This document shows, piece after piece, positions 62,440 to 64,000 of a stretch of 64,000 nucleotides of DNA. This DNA is from Paramoeba atlantica (lineage: Eukaryota; Protista; Discosea): contig CDRNVI010000225.1 of the NCBI GenBank assembly GCA_977017575.1, positions 9,429 through 73,428 on the forward strand, written 5' to 3'. Below the pieces are notes generated by a model. It ran no database searches and was not told the DNA's origin. It worked only from the letters and a program-made list of their open reading frames with translations. Within the stretch, counting starts at the first letter, position 1. Each line of letters opens with the position of its first letter. The position numbers and the translations under genes are program-made.

Positions 62440-63011
62440 TCATAAATTCAATATGAAGTCCTTCAATTGCAAAAAAAAGAGGCGATTTTTGTTGAAAATT
62501 TGAAGTATTTAATTTCGCTCCAGTTGCCTAATTTCGATTTTTTTTAATTAGTCTTTATTTGGAAAATGAAATTACTATTTTTGGTAATTAGGAGAGTTAA
62601 ATTGGTTCTTTTTGTGTGAGGATAAATGTGTGTCTTTATTTCTCTTCAAAAATTAAATTCAAAGAAATAAAAAAATGAAAACAAAACAATATCAACAAAA
62701 CATAAAAAAAATAAAAACAAATAAAAAGAAAGAATAATAAATAAAAAAATAAAAAATAAAAAATAAAAAATAAAAAATAAAAAATAAAAAATAAAAAATA
62801 AAAAATAAAAAAGAAAAAAGAAAAAAGAAAAAAGAAAAAAGAAAAAGAAAAAAGAAAAAAGAAAAAAGAAAAAAGAAAAAAACAAAAGAAAAAAAAAAAA
62901 AAACCTGAAGAGCCAACAAAGCAGCAACATTACCAGAGCGAGCGGCCAAATGAATGGGGCTATTTCCCTCTCTGTCTAATATATTTACATCTGCTCCACA
63001 TATTACAAACT

Positions 63012-63046
<35 letters not shown>

Positions 63047-63670
63047 GAGAGGGGGGAGAGAGAGAAGGGGAGAGAGAGAGGGGAGAGAGAGGGGAGAGAG
63101 AGGAGAGAGAGGGGAGAGAGGGGAGAGAGGAGAGAGGAGAGAGGAGAGAGGGAGGAGAGAGAGAAAGAGAGAAAGAGAGAAAGGAAAGAAAAGTCAGGAG
63201 AATAGAAAAAAAGTTTTCTTCTTTTTTTTTTTCTTTTTCTTTTCTTCTTTTTCTTTTTTCTCTTTAAATAAAAAAGGAACCTGACAAAAATGACGAATAA
63301 AAACTTCTTCCTCCTCCGGGCTAGGAACATGACTTGCGATTAAATGAAGAACCGTTGCTGAAAAAAAAATTGTTCAAAAAAAAAGAAAAAGAATAAAAGA
63401 AAAACGAAAAAATAAAAAATAAAAAATAAAAAAATAAAAAAATAAAAAAAAAATAAAAAAATAAAAAAATAAAAAAATAAAAAAATAAAAAAATAAAAAA
63501 ATAAAAATAAAAATAAAAACCTCGATAAGACAAAGTAGGAATATTAACAATATCATAAAATTCTTTTTCATTCAAAGAAGAGAAAATCAGAGTCAAAATT
63601 TTGAGTGAAAATTTCGTCTCAAGATCGCAAACTATATGAAGAGGTGTTTCTCCTTTTGCGTTTCTATTTT
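62440..63670 (-). CDS. Ankyrin-repeat exons, probably the 5' part of the RasGEF gene; continues beyond the window
   Basis: Exons NAKGETPLHIVCD, ATVLHLIASH, GADVNILDREGNSPIHLAARSGN and GAKLNTSNFQQKSPLFFAIEG, each with GT/AG boundaries. Linkage to the RasGEF gene is inferred. Confidence 0.7.
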
Positions 63671-64000
63671 GTAAGAGAGAAAAAAAAGAGAAAGAGAGAA
63701 GAGAGAGAAGAAAAAAGAAAAGAAGAAGAAAAAGAAAAGAAAAAGAAGAAAAAGAAGAAGAAAAAGGAGAAAAGAGAGACAAAAAAAAAGTAAGATTTCT
63801 CTTTCTTTTTCTCTTTCCTATCTCCCTCTCTTTTTTCTTTCTCTTTTCTCCCTCCTCTCTCTCCCCTCCCCTCCTCCCTCTCTCTTCTCCCTCTCCCTCC
63901 CTCTCTCTCCTCTCTCTCCTCCCTCTCTCCTCCCTCTCTCTCCTCCCTCTCTCTTCTCCCTCTCTCTCCTCCCTTTCTCCTCCCTCTCTCTCCTCCCTCT

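Overview
This is a gene-dense, AT-rich, intron-rich eukaryotic window. The gene content suggests a free-living protist, plausibly amoebozoan (inference only). Bases ~1-8.2 kb are a nested, decayed retroelement island: L1-like LINEs with APE, RT, CCHC and RNase H; a chromodomain-bearing Ty3/Gypsy-type integrase; and a PPT plus LTR. About 13 host genes follow. In order: an ankyrin-repeat gene made of 15 tandem 102-bp one-repeat exons; a GT47/exostosin glycosyltransferase; a large Cys-rich 7TM receptor head-to-head with a predicted GPI-anchored protein of three tandem Venus-flytrap domains; a GPI-anchored dirigent/AOC-like protein; a MYND-TPR-RING-Smr protein; a micro-exon fucosyltransferase-like gene; a ~3200-aa surface protein (three novel repeats, a Ser-Pro stalk, REJ/GPS, one TM); a secreted protein; a divergent intronless ADP/ATP carrier; and an (ANK)-SH3-RasGEF-PH gene. 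No rRNA, tRNA or CRISPR was found. Exon structures were read by eye, domain names come from motif recognition and not from database searches, and most short ORFs in the track are shadows of low-complexity introns.
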